Source: Marsupella aquatica (lineage: Eukaryota > Plantae > Marchantiophyta). From it: a stretch of 64,000 nucleotides of DNA. A model generated the notes under the pieces. That model saw only the letters and a list, made by a program, of their open reading frames with translations. It had not been told where the DNA came from and did no database searches. The stretch covers positions 15,926,699 through 15,990,698 of the forward strand of contig OZ316894.1 in the NCBI GenBank assembly GCA_973895155.1. The letters are read 5' to 3'. Shown here piece by piece: positions 15,001 to 30,000 of this stretch. Position 1 is the first letter of the stretch; every line of letters begins with the position of its first letter. The position numbers and the translations under genes were made by a program.

Positions 15001-18000
15001 GTTTTTGGTATTGTTGTTTCAAAGCACATGAAGGGGGCTTTAAGGGGCCAATTGACAGACCATATTTTCTATCCAGATAGCATCCACTGGGCCATCAAAC
15101 ATAATCCATTTCTTTGATGGAGCTGTATCCTCAACGAGTTCTCTCATGTAACACGCCAACACTCCATCAGTCCATTCATGTGTGTTTTCGTCAAAATCTC
15201 CATACAGCTGGCCCATTGTAATTGATTTGGGATTCAAAACAGCTATCCTCACCTGTGTGAGACACAAAACGGGCAGGGTCGTTCTAGGCTTTGTAAGCGA
15301 TAGTAAGGTCTACGACATTCCTTTAGGACTCCATCAGCCAGATATTACTTATTAGTTTGTAAAAATATCCGTGCCAAGCGGGAACTAGAGGACCCTAAGG
15401 AGCACGGGAACGCCTCGTGCTCCGATGATAAGTTCTGGCTTCAGACCATTGAAGAGTATCCAGTGCTTTCGAGTGTCAAACTATGCATGCTAAGGATTTT
15501 TATCAGGTAAAGGGGGTTCTAGAGTGACGGCAGCAAAGACGAACGTATGTAACACGAAGCAGAGAGCAATACAGATGCTACAAAGAGAGCATTACCACTA
15601 AGGCCCCCATACACAAACGATATTAACCCATCCACTCTGTGTCTTTCAATGAAAGTTTGCTATTCTAAGACTTTGAACAGAATCCTAAAAGGAAATTCCC
15701 AACTCAGCGAGCTTTACAGCATCGTACTCTCTGTGCATTATTCCTTTTTATCTTCTATTGTTTAATGTCTTTGTTCATTTCACCGCATCCGGAGAATTTC
15801 AATCAATTATTTCTGCAAAATTCTGGAAAGAGATAGGCAAAGATTTGGATGATAGTTAAGGGAGACCTCGTTCTTCATAAGAGTCGAATTGCAATCAACT
15901 TAACAATCACAAATCGCTAATTGGGGCAAGCAACAAAAAGTAGAAGACAATCAAAACAGTGCCACAAGACAAACTATGGAATTGGTTGTGTCAACACAGG
16001 GTTTCGCCGTGGGTATACGATGAGCAGCACTTCCCCTTTAGGTTCAAGAGTCCATGGCAGAGGCCTGTTGTTGCATAGAGCTTCTCAGAAGTAAGAGGAA
16101 ATGGCATTCAATATGTACTTCTCTTAAGCTGCAGTGCTATGGTTCAAGAGGAAGAGCAACTGTGCAAATAATTCTTTCCTTCACAGACACACTGCCATAG
16201 CCTTGTTCCTAGATTTCTGAGCTTCATTTCAACATCGCTCTTTCACTGCTCTTTCCTGTCTGTCCGCTCCGTCTTCTCAACAATAGTTCTGTGGTCAAAT
16301 CATTGTGCCGGTAAAGATAATACCTTTTCATACTTGGTTGAACCTTGTACACTCAACAAGGACATTCCCTGTGCAAGAGATCGATAATTCGCAGTCTTCC
16401 CCCCTCCTGTTGGTCCGACGAGCATCAGTCCATGCCTTACAACTGTGGTTTCATACAGCTGGATGACCTGGTTCAAAGTGAAAATCCACGATCCGTCAGC
16501 AACTCGTGAGAAAAAAACATGTTTTGAAAGCAAAGCAATCATCCACAGTAGTCAAGCCTGCAGTCCAGAGACCATTGAACAGGTTCATGTTAAAGACTTC
16601 ATCACCAAAAAACTAGACTGCAAGAAAAACTTTGATTTAGCTTCGTATTTACTTTAACGTCACTTCCCCTCGCCCCATTCCTTACACTTCGCACTTTTCT
16701 CTGGCAGTTCCTGCCTTTTGTCCCAATTGCAGAATTATGGGCTTAGAACTCAATTTTGTTGATTTACAGAGAGGTAAGACAGTGAACCAGAGAATAAGTT
16801 CGTTTTCACAGAAAGTCTGCAAACTAACAGCTGTTTATAAGACAAGATATTTCGTCAACAATGGGTCTAAAAAAAGTACATTTGAAAAAAGCTAGACGGT
16901 GCTTTGTATCCAAGCATTTGTAGAGTAAGTGCAAATGATCAATAAGTTACCTTGGTTGTGAAAGCTTCCACCGGTTGGACATTCAAATCTTTGCAAACGC
17001 GGGCAAGTGCTCCCAAAAGATCAGCGTAAGATATCTCAGGTGGTATCACGCCCGGGAAGAGGTCACTAATGATACCCGCAAAGAGTGGGATGTCCTGGCT
17101 GAGAAACTTTGGAACATTTATTTCATTGAGACCACGCAATAGCAATACATCCTCATCTTCATCAGGATATGATCGCTTCAAATTTCCTGCTGCTACGATT
17201 ACACTCTTCACTGCTCTCATACCATAGTCGTAGTGGTCCTGAAAATGGAAATTGAGATGGTATACAGCTCTTTTGCAATGAAGCAAGCAACTGTGATGAA
17301 AGAAAGCTGCATACGCGCCAGATCTGCACTAAAAATGCTTACAGAAATGTAATATTGCCATTATATCCAGTTCTATGTAAATTTTAATGGTATACACGAC
17401 ACCAACATTGAAAACTACAAAGTTCATACTTCTAAGACTTTCCTGTAAGATCGGCCTGTTAACGTGTATGAATTCAGACAAAGTACAAACCGCAAGTACA
17501 AGAATGCCACAATTTTTAGTCCTTTCTTACAGATACGAACATCTTAAACTGCAACAAGGATCAGTAGCCCTTTGAAAATAGGAATCTCCAGCTACCCGTA
17601 TGGCTGATACACCATCTATGGGAGAGTTGACAATTATCTCAGTAGGATCACACCATTGTCTAGTGACCTGGTTGATTCATCTACGACCACCATTCTTGTC
17701 TTTTTTACTAGATTCCCCTGCCTTGTTCCTAGAGAACGATTCTTATGCCATCTCCCTTGGTTCATCCACTCAAATCATGCCTGCACCGTGCCTGAGATTA
17801 TTACAAACCTAGTCACTGAGGGGATTTGAGAGGATTCACAGCAGCTCGTTAAGGGTGCTTGGAGCTATCACTCTCAGATACTCTTCCTTTTAAATTTCAA
17901 TGTGAAAGCACTGTACGCACCGGAGGACCAGCCCCTCCAAAGGAACTGCTTAGTTTGCTTTGTAACCATGGGCAAAGGAGGGCAGAAAAGGTCTGATTTC

Positions 18001-21000
18001 CTAATTACGTTTGCAATCGTCAGCAATCCAGGATTGTCAACACAATTCAGAGAGGGTAACTTTTCCACGCACCTGTGACGAAAGCTGTTCTGAGCAAAGT
18101 TTGAATGTGGCAACCATTTTCCGCGCTAGAGCTTTAGCTTTCCGGAACCCAAATGAGAAAAGACTGATCTCACCAATCAGGGCATAGTCTGGAACCATCA
18201 TGGCACACGGCCTAAACAACGCCTTTAAATTGTCTGGTAGTTCAGACCTACCAGCATACCTATATAGGCCATTGTAACGAACTTAGTATGATGCCCAGAA
18301 TCAAAGGTTCTCGGTTTGTAAGGTATGGTATCTGTATATTAACAAGAGGCATGACCGAGAGGACCATGATCAGAATCACAAACTCTCTAACTCTAACACG
18401 CATTTTTGTCTGCTACATAGGTGAATGATCCCGAAAATTGAAGTTCCAGTTTGATCATGTCCATCAGTTCAATTATCTGCCTTCCCTTGCCTTCCAAGAA
18501 AATAAGACAATATTAGGTCTTCTACTACTCTCGCACCTTATGGGAGGATTCAATTCATACAGAGGTTATAAACAACGTGTATACAGGACTTCCTCTCTTA
18601 TGACCTATATGCATACAATCGACTGGCTATATCCATACCCTGGGTTCATAGTGATATATACTGAACATGAAGGATCCAGGGATATCTCAGTGTCTTCAAA
18701 AATAAACCGCTTGACCTTTTGTTGAATTGCAAGTTGAATAGTAAGAATCTGTTGTGCGATCACTGACAAGACTTCCAGATCAATCCGATTAAACTCATCA
18801 AAGCAAGCCCATGCGCCACTGCTGGCAAGACCCTTGAAGAATTTCCCCATAGCTAGATAGTCCAACCCATCGGAGCAGTTGAAGACAACGCATTGTTTTG
18901 CCAGAGCCTGCAACAATCTTAACTTGTCATAATTTTACCAGAAAGTGAATGAAAGATCGAAGCATCTACCACTTGCCATGCCGGCAAGAGCAGTTACAAA
19001 AGTACAACGGTCCAAAATAGAACTTGCCGATTCTACGTGCACTGAATTGTTGATCCAGCGAATCCTGTGCAATCAAGTAAATAGTTACCGAAGCCTTATA
19101 TACCTTAGCTAAATCCTTTGTTGTCTCAGTCTTTCCGGTTCCAGCAGGACCTGCTGGCGCCCCACCAAGATTCAGGTGAAGTGCGCCCATAAGGGTCATA
19201 TAGCATCTATCTGTCAAGGGAGTAATGACCAAACGAGGAGTGTTTCCCAAATATTCGTATCCATATGAAATAGATGCTTGAACCATCTTCACCCAAATGC
19301 CCTCATTCTCCCAGTAGTAACGCAGTTGGCTGACCCACTCAAAATCGGTGGGAGCTTTAATCTAGTTCAACAGAAAGCAAATCAATTTTGGATGTCACCC
19401 ACTGAATGTTAAGTATCTAGGATTCAAGATTCCACGAACTGCACTTCTTCTACTCCTTCATTACATGCGAGGCATGAAATACACAAAAATTGCACAATAA
19501 TATAAAATTGGTTCAGCACTCGAGGGCAGGTGCTCAAAGCATTAGCATTGCTTGATTGATGTCATTGAATGCAATTTACACTGCTGAATCAGTCATAGAG
19601 AACGAAAACTCTTACATCAGTGTAGAAACTTGTGTGGACAAGCTCAAAAACGATCCGTCTTACTTGTTGTACATCAATGAGTTAAGTTCTTTCATACATA
19701 TCCACCTAGTTTTTCCCTCTCCATCAGAAAACAAAGGTAGGCTGAGGAGACTTTGTAGAATGAGAGTCTTGGAACAAAATCTTTTTTCAAAGTACCTTCT
19801 CATTGATAAGTGCTTGTACCACATCACGTGCATGCACATCAATGACAATAAGAGCTCCAAGTGTCATTCTTGCAAGTTTGCTCAGGGGAGCCCGAACAAG
19901 GTCTGTCAAACCTTCAAGTTGTTTCACCTGAAACCGCACACCACGGCAATAAGACTTCTTATTTGCAACCTCCACGCTCCAATGCATAGAGAAATCATTC
20001 TCTCGTCTTATCCTTAAAGGTTCACAATGTTACTTATTTATCTGTCAAGATACTGTCCGATTTGTTTTGTTCTCTCCATAATGTTCTCCCTAAAAATTAT
20101 CTGCTCTGAACTAGATGAAGTAGTCATCTCAGATTAAGCAAATTCCCCTCCAAGAGTTCTTGGTTCTTTGCCTTCGCTTGGTTTCTATTTACAGTGAGCA
20201 GCATCTGTTCTTGTGCTGAGTTTCATACCCAGAAACAAAGCCTACGGCCCGGTCCCTTAACAAATGAAATCAAGCCAAATGGTCTCCAGATTTTACAAGA
20301 GAACTTAATCTTTATGCCTTTCCAATCGACAGCAGTTATATATCTCCTTTACCTGGACATTGTCAAAGAATTGTTGCAAGCTAGCCTGCCTGATTGCTCC
20401 CTCAACACCGGCTGTCCAGTACACCGAACTTCCTGCTAAGACAACTTGACCAGGCCAGTCTTGTACCCATTTTGTTCTCGGATCTACCTTGTAGGCGGCC
20501 AGCGACAATTTGATCTGCAGAAGAGAAAAAGGAATGACTTTGTAGGACAAGTTCAAGAAGCAATATTTTAATAGTTCAGACTTCTGCCTTTGGTGATGTG
20601 GGTTCTGTCTCCGTTCTGGCCTTTTGTTTTGTTTCTTGGGTTGTCGCCCTTGCGTGATGAACAAAGATTGGGGATGACGAAGCAACAATTTGTTATTCTT
20701 TAACCCCACCATCTGTGAGGTTTAATGGACAAAGGGGAGAAATGGTCCGTACGTCAATTTTAATTTCAGTACAATATTTCTCTTCTACTTTATCTATACT
20801 CATCTTTTACTTGCCTTCTACCCTTCATAAAAACATTTTTACACCGAAGACTTGAGCTGGAAGGCTCATGCTAATCATGTTCTGAGATATCCAGCATCAG
20901 ATTGACTTTGCTCAGACTAAGCAACAGAGAGCTGCCGTTTCTTTTCTGGTGTAACAAAATAAAAGCATACTAAAACTAGGTACCAGCATAAAAACTCATT

Positions 21001-24000
21001 CAAGATGGCGACATTCGCGTTTTGTTCTAATTTGGCAGCCAAACATGACTCGAAACCTCATCTCAAAACCTGAAAGTCCCCCAAATTATTGCAGTTGACA
21101 AAATACCTGTTGGTGTATGCTCTCTTTCATCTTCTGTTCCACTTGGCTGAGCCAATTCTCCACATTGCCAATAGGACTCATGGTAGAGGCCAGAGGAATC
21201 TGAAATTGGTGACGTGAGCGATCATTGCATAAGGATTTTGGTCACGTGGTGCCTTGCAATACATGGAATTTTCCCTCATTTCAAATCCCCAGGTGTACCT
21301 AAGTCTGCTTGAGTAAACCCTAGGTGTGCCTACGGTATTCATATGGTATATTGGTGTCAACATATAAAACTCCAAACATAAGTAAAACAACTCCCTGTAG
21401 TGGCCAAAGAGCGATAGAATATGCTCAAGTTATTAATCGGTTCAAACTACAGCACTCAAATGTTGGATTTCGTAAGTTCTGGCTGAAAAAATATTCCATC
21501 TTGTCTCAATTAGATCTGTAAACTTCAGAGAAAGAAAGAAAAAAAATTAGTTACATGTATCTGGATACAACTCTCTGGAAGAAAAATTCATCACCTCCCT
21601 CCAATGGATCGCTAATCTTCAGTTACTTCAAGATTCCAAGGACCGAATATATGTAAAGCAGATGGACACACGACATGGAGTCGACGCCGACATATATTAC
21701 GCGAATAAATGAAGACAATATACCAGAGGTAGGTTCTACTACCTTCTCTCCTTCGGCAGAATTCATTGCAACAATTTCCAGATCCTTTTTGAAGTCAAGA
21801 GAGTCAATGGCTTCAAAACATTTGTGCAGGTGAGGCTGAACAGCCAATGGATTCTTTGCTTGGGATAAAATTTGCAAAAGCTCGTCGTTGGACAGGAAGA
21901 AGAAGCGACTGAAAGCAAGTCTCTTAGTTTCCAAGTAGTCCGCAAGCCCTTTCTGGACTAAGTCTAGAAGCTGTTCAAGGCAAAAACAAAAAGGAGGCAG
22001 AAATGATTACAAGAGAATGAGCAGGTATGAGGTTCGTAATTCAAACGGCCTAATTATAACCTCAGGTTGTTAGAGGACATAACCAATACACCCATTGTAT
22101 CAAGTTTTTCATCATCGACTAAAAATGCTAGATTTCTTAAAATACTCCCCTTCGCCCCGTTATGCGAGACGAACCTAGATTACGGAAAGCTGCTCAGGTA
22201 AATTAAAATTCGTTTTGAACACACACAAACAAGTTCCAAAGTACATGTCCCAAACTCCTGCTCAGCCTACGGAACAACAGAGAATTTATATGAATTCCAC
22301 CGAACCCCAATTTGAGGAGACAGGGTAGGGAGTATAAGAAAGGTACTCGATTCGACTCCCGAAATTGCTCCAATAATTTCTTGCTGGAGCACATGGTAAG
22401 AATCTGAGGAGTGAGGTGTGCCTGTGCAAGCGCTTTTCTCCAAATGTTGTTCACCGTCTGGAATCTCTTACTTTCAATAGGGAGTTGTGTCTGGATATCA
22501 GGGCTGCTGAAGATGGGCTCAAGATACATCCATTGTCGTTGAACCATCAGCCACTCCTCAATAACTTCGGACACAAGCAAAAGTAATCCCTCCCACTTGG
22601 CAATTCTGTCTTCAAATGGCTTTTTGAATGGTGAGAAACTCATAGATTGACTGAGCACAATATGGTCATCCAACTGCTGCAGGGTGGACTCATCAATTTT
22701 CATGATATAGGTGCCTGTATCCTTGTACTCCAATATCTGCAAGACCACAATTCGGTAATGAACAATTATCGAAGAAAGAAATGCAATCTCATTGGTCTAG
22801 TGCATCATATAAAAACTACATGGCAAATAGACAGTGATCAGAATCCAAGCCAACCAAATATCACAACATTTCTCGTTCCCTACATTTCAAACTCAATGTC
22901 TTGAAAGATTTTGCTGTTATTGTACTTTTCAAAAGGACGATGAGCACCTGTAGGACTTGAGTCTTCCATTCAGACTCCATCTTTGTAAGTTGGAGTTCAA
23001 TTCCATTCTCTTTGCTGGCAAGGTCTGCAACCTCCTCAATAACCAGCAAATGATTCTGAAGCCCCATCTGTAAGACTTGTGATAATGTGAAATCTGGAGT
23101 TGGGTGCAGGTCCATATTGAGCCGGGCAGACAATTCATCCCAATGCCTGTCACGCATACCTGCCTGGCGCAATGCCATTATCAACGGAACATACGGCTTG
23201 AACTCACCGACCTGTCATGCGTTACATACACAAGTATTGGTGAAAAGTCACTGAATGGTAATTGATGACCAAAACGCCAATATCAGTATTTGGGAAAACA
23301 AGTTTAATCTTTTCAAGCGCTCGTTCTTGCAATCAGCTCCTGTCAGAGTCCATGTTAGTGCCAAGTTTCCTCGGTCGCAACTGTGGATAAGCTTTCTTAA
23401 AAATCAAAAGTAGAGAGCTATAGAGATTGAACAATTCATTTTATTAATTACGGGAAAGCCCAAGGTGACCTTATCAGGCCACTGGACAAACAAAATAAAA
23501 ATACTTTTACCTAATCAGGCAAGAGGGCAGCATTCAAGATACTTATTAAAGAGCAGAAAATGACGCCTTTTCTAGGTAAACGATAGCTCCTAGAATGCTT
23601 TGCGGATGCTGCTGCTATATACACGCTGATACTGGTAGTAGTGGATTACTTCCTTTTGTTGGATAAAATTCCAGTCCAGACTAAGATTTCTCACTGAGAT
23701 GGATTGTACTTGCTCATGGATCTGCTGTGTTAAGCTTACTAGTATTACGGTTCAATCCGCAACTGGTAACTTACATTGCTTGATTTATACAATGATTTCA
23801 CAAAGAACGAATGACTCTATTAAAAAATAATTGTGATTAGCTGGCACCTGTCCAATCCTATATTTCTAAATTAGCTGCTACTAAATTTAGCCAGAGATCA
23901 GTGATGCTCCTCACCTGCGTTCTTATATCCTCGCAAAAAGTTGCTTGAATCATCAGGTCCCTCTTGCTAAACTCTCTACCATACTTTAGAAGACCTTTCC

Positions 24001-27000
24001 ACCATCCCATCACCAATCTTTCAATCGTTTCAGGGTCCAATTTCTCCCATGAATCTTCCATCCAGCTTTTATAGTATTTTTTCCAATCATCAGCAGCTGA
24101 CCAGAGCGCATTGAATGGCTCAAACTGCTCACTGATTTTCTTCAAACGACTATAATCTGTTGGAGTGACGCCAAACAGCATCTCCCTGGAATTAAACAGG
24201 CGGGCGGTATTCTCTGCTTTACGTAAACGATCATTACATTCACGTGCTTCATATGCCACGAGTTCTACCTACACGGTCGACATACGACAGATTGAGTGTT
24301 AATCTCCAGCACCCCGACGAACATGTTAGTCCGCATGTTAGTCCGCAATTTTCAAAGTGTCTGAGAGGTAGAGAAGAAATGGACAAGTATTGTAGAAAAG
24401 GTATAACGTAATGTACTTGGTGTCCAGCAATATGTACATACCTGGCTCGTATCAGTGTAATTGGGGAATGTATTTACTGTTGCATCCAGACTTTCAAGAG
24501 TATTCACAAATATAGCCTGCTCCCCTTCCATTTCTCTTTGATAGCGATCATTATCAGCATATAGATTTTTCTCTGTCTTCTCGCAAAGTTTCTCAATCTT
24601 TGAAGGCCAGGTCAACAATATCCACTGCTGGCTGAAATCACCATCACTAAGGGGATACTGTAGGTCTTCCATTGCAGTGTACCATACCTGCAGATTTTTT
24701 TTTAAATGACGACGTAAGCCATAAACGATGTCGCCAATCAAAGTTCCAATCGAAGTTTTTCACGGAATCAATTTTCTTAAGTGCGGTTATCACACACTAG
24801 AAAATCAAGCTCATACCAAAACAAAGTTTGTTTGTTTGTGATCCCAGAATATCTAATCGGGATGTTTATTATGATGTCAACTAGCGCATACCCTCCCCAC
24901 GTATCGGAAAAAAATCTGTAAACCCACACTGCCCGCCTTGCCGGCCTGCCCAATATGTGGGTAAGATCAGAGAATTTATTTCAGCTCCTGTGAGCTTCCT
25001 TGATATATACTAGATGCAAGATTCAAATATACTCAGTCATATCATTTGCTAACTTTTAATTCAAGCTTCAAGGTCTGCTTCAGGGACACTAAAGCCACAT
25101 CTATGGTCAGTGAGAAGCTCAAGTCAATGTACTCGTCTTCACCAATCTCATTTAGTCTGAAAAAAGACTGGGATTTAAATTCAGCTGTGAAATGTGCTGC
25201 AAGATGTTTACTCACATCTAGTTGCTCGATCTCTTGCCTAAGCTCAACTACTTTGCCAGGCACAGTCAAAATAAATTCCTTCTGTGCAGCCACCTCCTCT
25301 GGATTATGTGTTTTAGTCTTGAGCTGCCTTTCAATTTCTTCAAACCTTTTGCCCTTGTCCATACCGAGTGTCTTGGGTGTGCTAGAAATAATCTGCATCA
25401 CTGCACACAATTTAGAAAATTAAGGCCTCGGACATGATTTAGAAAGCAATTTTTCAGGAGTTACGGTGGGAGGGCATTGATGAGAATATACGGGAATAGT
25501 CAAAAGAGGACGCAGCAGAATACTATTATTTGAGTACACTCTGATGAATACATCCTTGACCACATAATTGAACTGCGGACTGGCTTTGTTTCAGTACTTT
25601 GAACTGAAAGCAAACCTTGAGATCGTCTTCAAATCATTCAGCGCAACAACTTATTTGCATCATAACTCTATTATTTTGCAAATATTGGTTCCCACTGGCA
25701 TACAGTTTCTCCTTCCAGGATACCCGTAAAGACAGGAACTCAGTGGATTGATTAAATGCTTTGAGATCTCATAAAGAACATAAACAGAATTCTATCTTTA
25801 CTCCACTCATTCTCATCCTACGACAACCCTTGATGACAAATGCAGAGGATAATTACCAATATCAATTAATTGTTGTTTCTTCTGCATGAGGGAGGTTCGG
25901 ATTTTCTTGCATGTCACCTGAAAAGTACCAAAAGATATCATGTTCGGTATCCTGCACATCCATTCGAAGATTGTAAGGTGGCTGTTACGGCTCAGGTTTA
26001 GTTGCATACACTCTAGCTCAACATGCATAGTATGTATTCGCGTATCTTCATATTGAATCTTCATCGAACTTGAACAATTGCAAGAAAGACTGCTTTCTCA
26101 TTACTATAATCTAAGTTCTGACGCAACTTCTCCGCGCATTTCAGAGTAATATGGATCACATCTAGTTTAATTATTAGCATTGAAACAGCGCATTTATGTC
26201 ATACATCATAGTTATGCCACATTCCAATATTTGCACATATGGAGCGGGACGTTGAAACCAGTACTACGACTCTGATGTGAAAGGACAGCCTAAAGTACAA
26301 CTACATTCTTCAGTGCAGTGGACTTCACCATTGTGCTGTTTTGCGACAAAATAATTCCTATCTAAAAACAGAGGATTCTGTTTCTACATGACTACGTACA
26401 ATGATCTCTGTGGAAAAAACAGAACCTTTCCCGTGAATGACCTCTACCCTAAAGATCGAGAAAAGTTATGACGTTGTCTTGGATGTAGCTACTATCCTCC
26501 TCCACCTAAAGATCTGTCATCTTATTATTCTTTGGTTTAGGAGCTCGCATATTGCATTTACTTTCTAAAAGAAACTCAAAAGTTTTCCCCTACACAGTTG
26601 CACCAGGTGGCCCCAGCTGCAGTGAGGCTCACCAGGGCTCCAGTGCACTCATTGCTTTTCAGAAAGAAATTTGATCTCTAATGGTCCTTTGACATTACTA
26701 ACATCATTTTGTGATGACTATTAGCGAAATTAATTTTCATTTATTCTGCATCAGTTGCCAAGTTTTATAAAGCTGCTAAGAGATCTTGACTGAGGATCAT
26801 CTACAAACTACATAAAACCGATCGTGAAAAGCTGAGCTTGGAAGCGTATATGTAGCAAACCTTCTATCTAGACTGTCTTGCTCAGCTTTGTGGACTTTCA
26901 CCTCGTCCAGAAGTTCCTTCAATTTTAATTTCCTTGCCACCAAATCAGCCTTATACTTCGGGAAGTCCACCTTGAGAAGTGGCTCAAACTCAACGAACTT

Positions 27001-30000
27001 ATCAAGATATAATTGACCAACAGTCATGGCTTTCTTAATTGCCGCCTGCAGTCCCATACCGAGCAGAAGATTAGCAGACGCGTTCCCAATTCTCTCTATC
27101 TGTAGCACTTTGCTGGACATAATGTAAGATAACAAGCAAGAGACAGAATTACTTTCAATATCAGGAATCAGGTGACAGTTGACCAGCTAGCGGTATATTA
27201 AAACTACAAACTTAACTTTGCCACAACCTTAAATTTCTCCTAAAGCAACATCACAGGGCCTTGGGATAGACTGGAAACCGACGTATGTAATAAGAGCTTC
27301 CGCTTCCATGTATGACCTTCTACATCATCACAAGCCTTGTAACCATATACTCTTGGGGAGTATCAATATCTACTTCAACGTGCAGAGCCTAGTTTCCCTC
27401 CTGAAAAACGAAAGCATGACTGTAACGACATTTTTTAAATTAACGTTGTATGAAGCACAGATTACCAATTACCGTTACTCGGCCCTTGATAGCTTGAATT
27501 TCTGGCTCCTTGACTTGAGGGGTTGAAAGATTTGGAATCTTGCTCCAGAATTGATTCTCCATGATAGAAGGCTCGAGTTGAGGGATCGACTGAAGTAATT
27601 TGAGTCCATGCTCAAGCATACGCACCGTAACTTCCTCAAAATTTTTGATTTGTGTGTTATACTCAAATACTCCACCTTCAGCTGTAACAACTTCCAGAGC
27701 AAAGAGCGGAGGCTTCTTGATCATCTATCAATTGCAAGACATAATTCTGAGTTTGCAACAGTACTTGGTCATTTCCCGTGAATGTGTGTAGTCGACTATT
27801 TTGATCGACGTTGTTGACAACTTTTACACTTCCACTTGCGTTCCCGGAAGAAAATGGGATACAAGAGAAACCGTACCCTTTATATGCTATCTGAATACAA
27901 TGGATTTCATAATCCTTTGTGAACTTTATTCCCTAAATAACCACATGCACTCTTCATTATCAGTTCAAAAATTAGTCTGTGATAAACCTTAAGAATGCTG
28001 TTGCATGCTGGTCGCTTTTATAAAAATAGTAATGGACGATTTGCCTCATTTACATCACAAACATGCATGCTTCTGCAAAATGCAAAAGCATGCATGTACT
28101 ACCACAGGTATGTTCCTTATACGTGATTAGGTCTCTCGTATGGACCACATGCCCCATGTGTTGATTGAGATATGCCTTAGAATTAGATGTAAAATCCAAA
28201 AGTGTGCAAGCAAAGATTCAAAAATGTTCCGCTCCGATTTTACAATCGTATCTGTAATCGTCAGAACAACATCAACGTTACCGTTTAATTAAAATGGGTA
28301 AAGCGCAGGTTGTATCAGCGGCGTTAATCGCACCCAAGCTATATTCTGGACATATGCATTTGGATGAAAGAGCCAATCTGCTTGTTATGATCCTAACAAT
28401 GGACAGAAGGATTATACAAACATACTGACGCGAAGTCTTGCTGAGGCCAGACACAGTTAACGTCATCAATGTCTATAACCTCCACCACAGGTCCACCACA
28501 ATGTTTCTCAATGAAGATGGTATATTTCTCCATAGTTTCTTCGACAAGATAACGCAATGCATCCTCCATAACATACCGAATCATTGTTAGGTATCTTTTC
28601 ATTTTGCTTGCTCGATAGGCCTCCAAGCTTTCCTCCTTTATATTGAACCAACCTTTTCCAGCATCCTTAAAGGAGGTCCGTATGATGTTTCTCAAAAGTG
28701 TTAACCAGCTGCAATTCCACTAAAGTAGCGCTATTAGACATTTCTTCAATCCATGCAGTTTTACATGGTTCCATTCCAGCACGTTCATCCGTATCTACTA
28801 TGTGACTCCAGGGTGACTGACATTTAGGATTCCCTTGAGCTGGAAAAATAGAGTCTGAGAATGTTGAGAAGACGGACTTGGGAGTAAAGCTCATTGTATT
28901 TCCCAGATTGCAGATTTCGAGCTTATCTAAAGCTACCTTAGGCCCCGAGAGCATGACTCCTGGGACTCCTTGCTCAAGATACAAAAGGTTGATGTTACAC
29001 TGAATACCTTTCTTTTAAATGCTGCAAGGCTTGCTCAGCTGTCTGAATCTCCATTGCTTCAAACTCATCAAGGCGCAAACTTTTTGTGTAATGAGTACTC
29101 AATAGTGACAATTTTGGTATTTTATTACACTCAAATCGAAGCTTTCCAGTTGCAATGATCACTTCCGGCCTTGTCAGGCAAGACATGAAATAAAATTCAC
29201 TCGATTGCTCTTCGTAGTCATATTCTGGTAGCACAACAGTCCCATTCCTGATAGTAGCAAAGTATTGACCTGTGAGAAGACCTTATTGCCTGAGTAGTGC
29301 GAAACCATTACACAGGATTACGAGAATGAAAGCCTTGGACGGAATTCAACAGTCTTACTACCTAGAGGGATAACAAGCTCAGATAGAATTCTCCATATGA
29401 AGGACTTTTCGTTTTCTTCAGTCCACCTCTTAAGGGAATGTGCATTTCACCTTTGTGGTTCTCCCTAGCACAAATATCTAGCCCACTACTCTAAAGGTAG
29501 CTAGCAGCACACCATTTATGTGCGCTTTAAGCATTTTATCCTTTTACATTGAGCAAAAGAATGATTGTCATCGTACTTACAGCGGCACAGGTTTTTTTTC
29601 CTCCTTTGGAAAACTGACGTCCATGTCCACAACGAACTCATTCGAAGGGGTAGGCTTGCTTTTCAAGCTGTCGTCAAAAACCAATTTGTTCATAACACGA
29701 CCGTAGTCTGTGTTCACTTCGCTCAGAAGCCCAGCCATATCCATCGCCTTCTCCTTCATGACCTTGCTATTGTAAGTATAATTCATTACCCGTGCCAGCT
29801 GCTCCGAAGTCAGGAATGTTTTGTCCTCCACTGGCATACTTGTTACATAAAGGTTGTACTTCTGCGTAAATGTAGAAAAACAAAGTAAAAGATAGTTATG
29901 ATACTCAGAGAGTTGTGCATGCCTTATCTGCTATGGACTCAGTACCTTTGGTTTTTTCCTGCCTCTTGCAATGAATGTTCGATTGCAGACAAATATTCCT

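Noticed and set aside
28062-28097. 12-bp inverted repeat ACATGCATGCTT/AAGCATGCATGT in a dynein intron
   Set aside because: Short and built on a self-complementary ATGCAT core; insufficient evidence for function.
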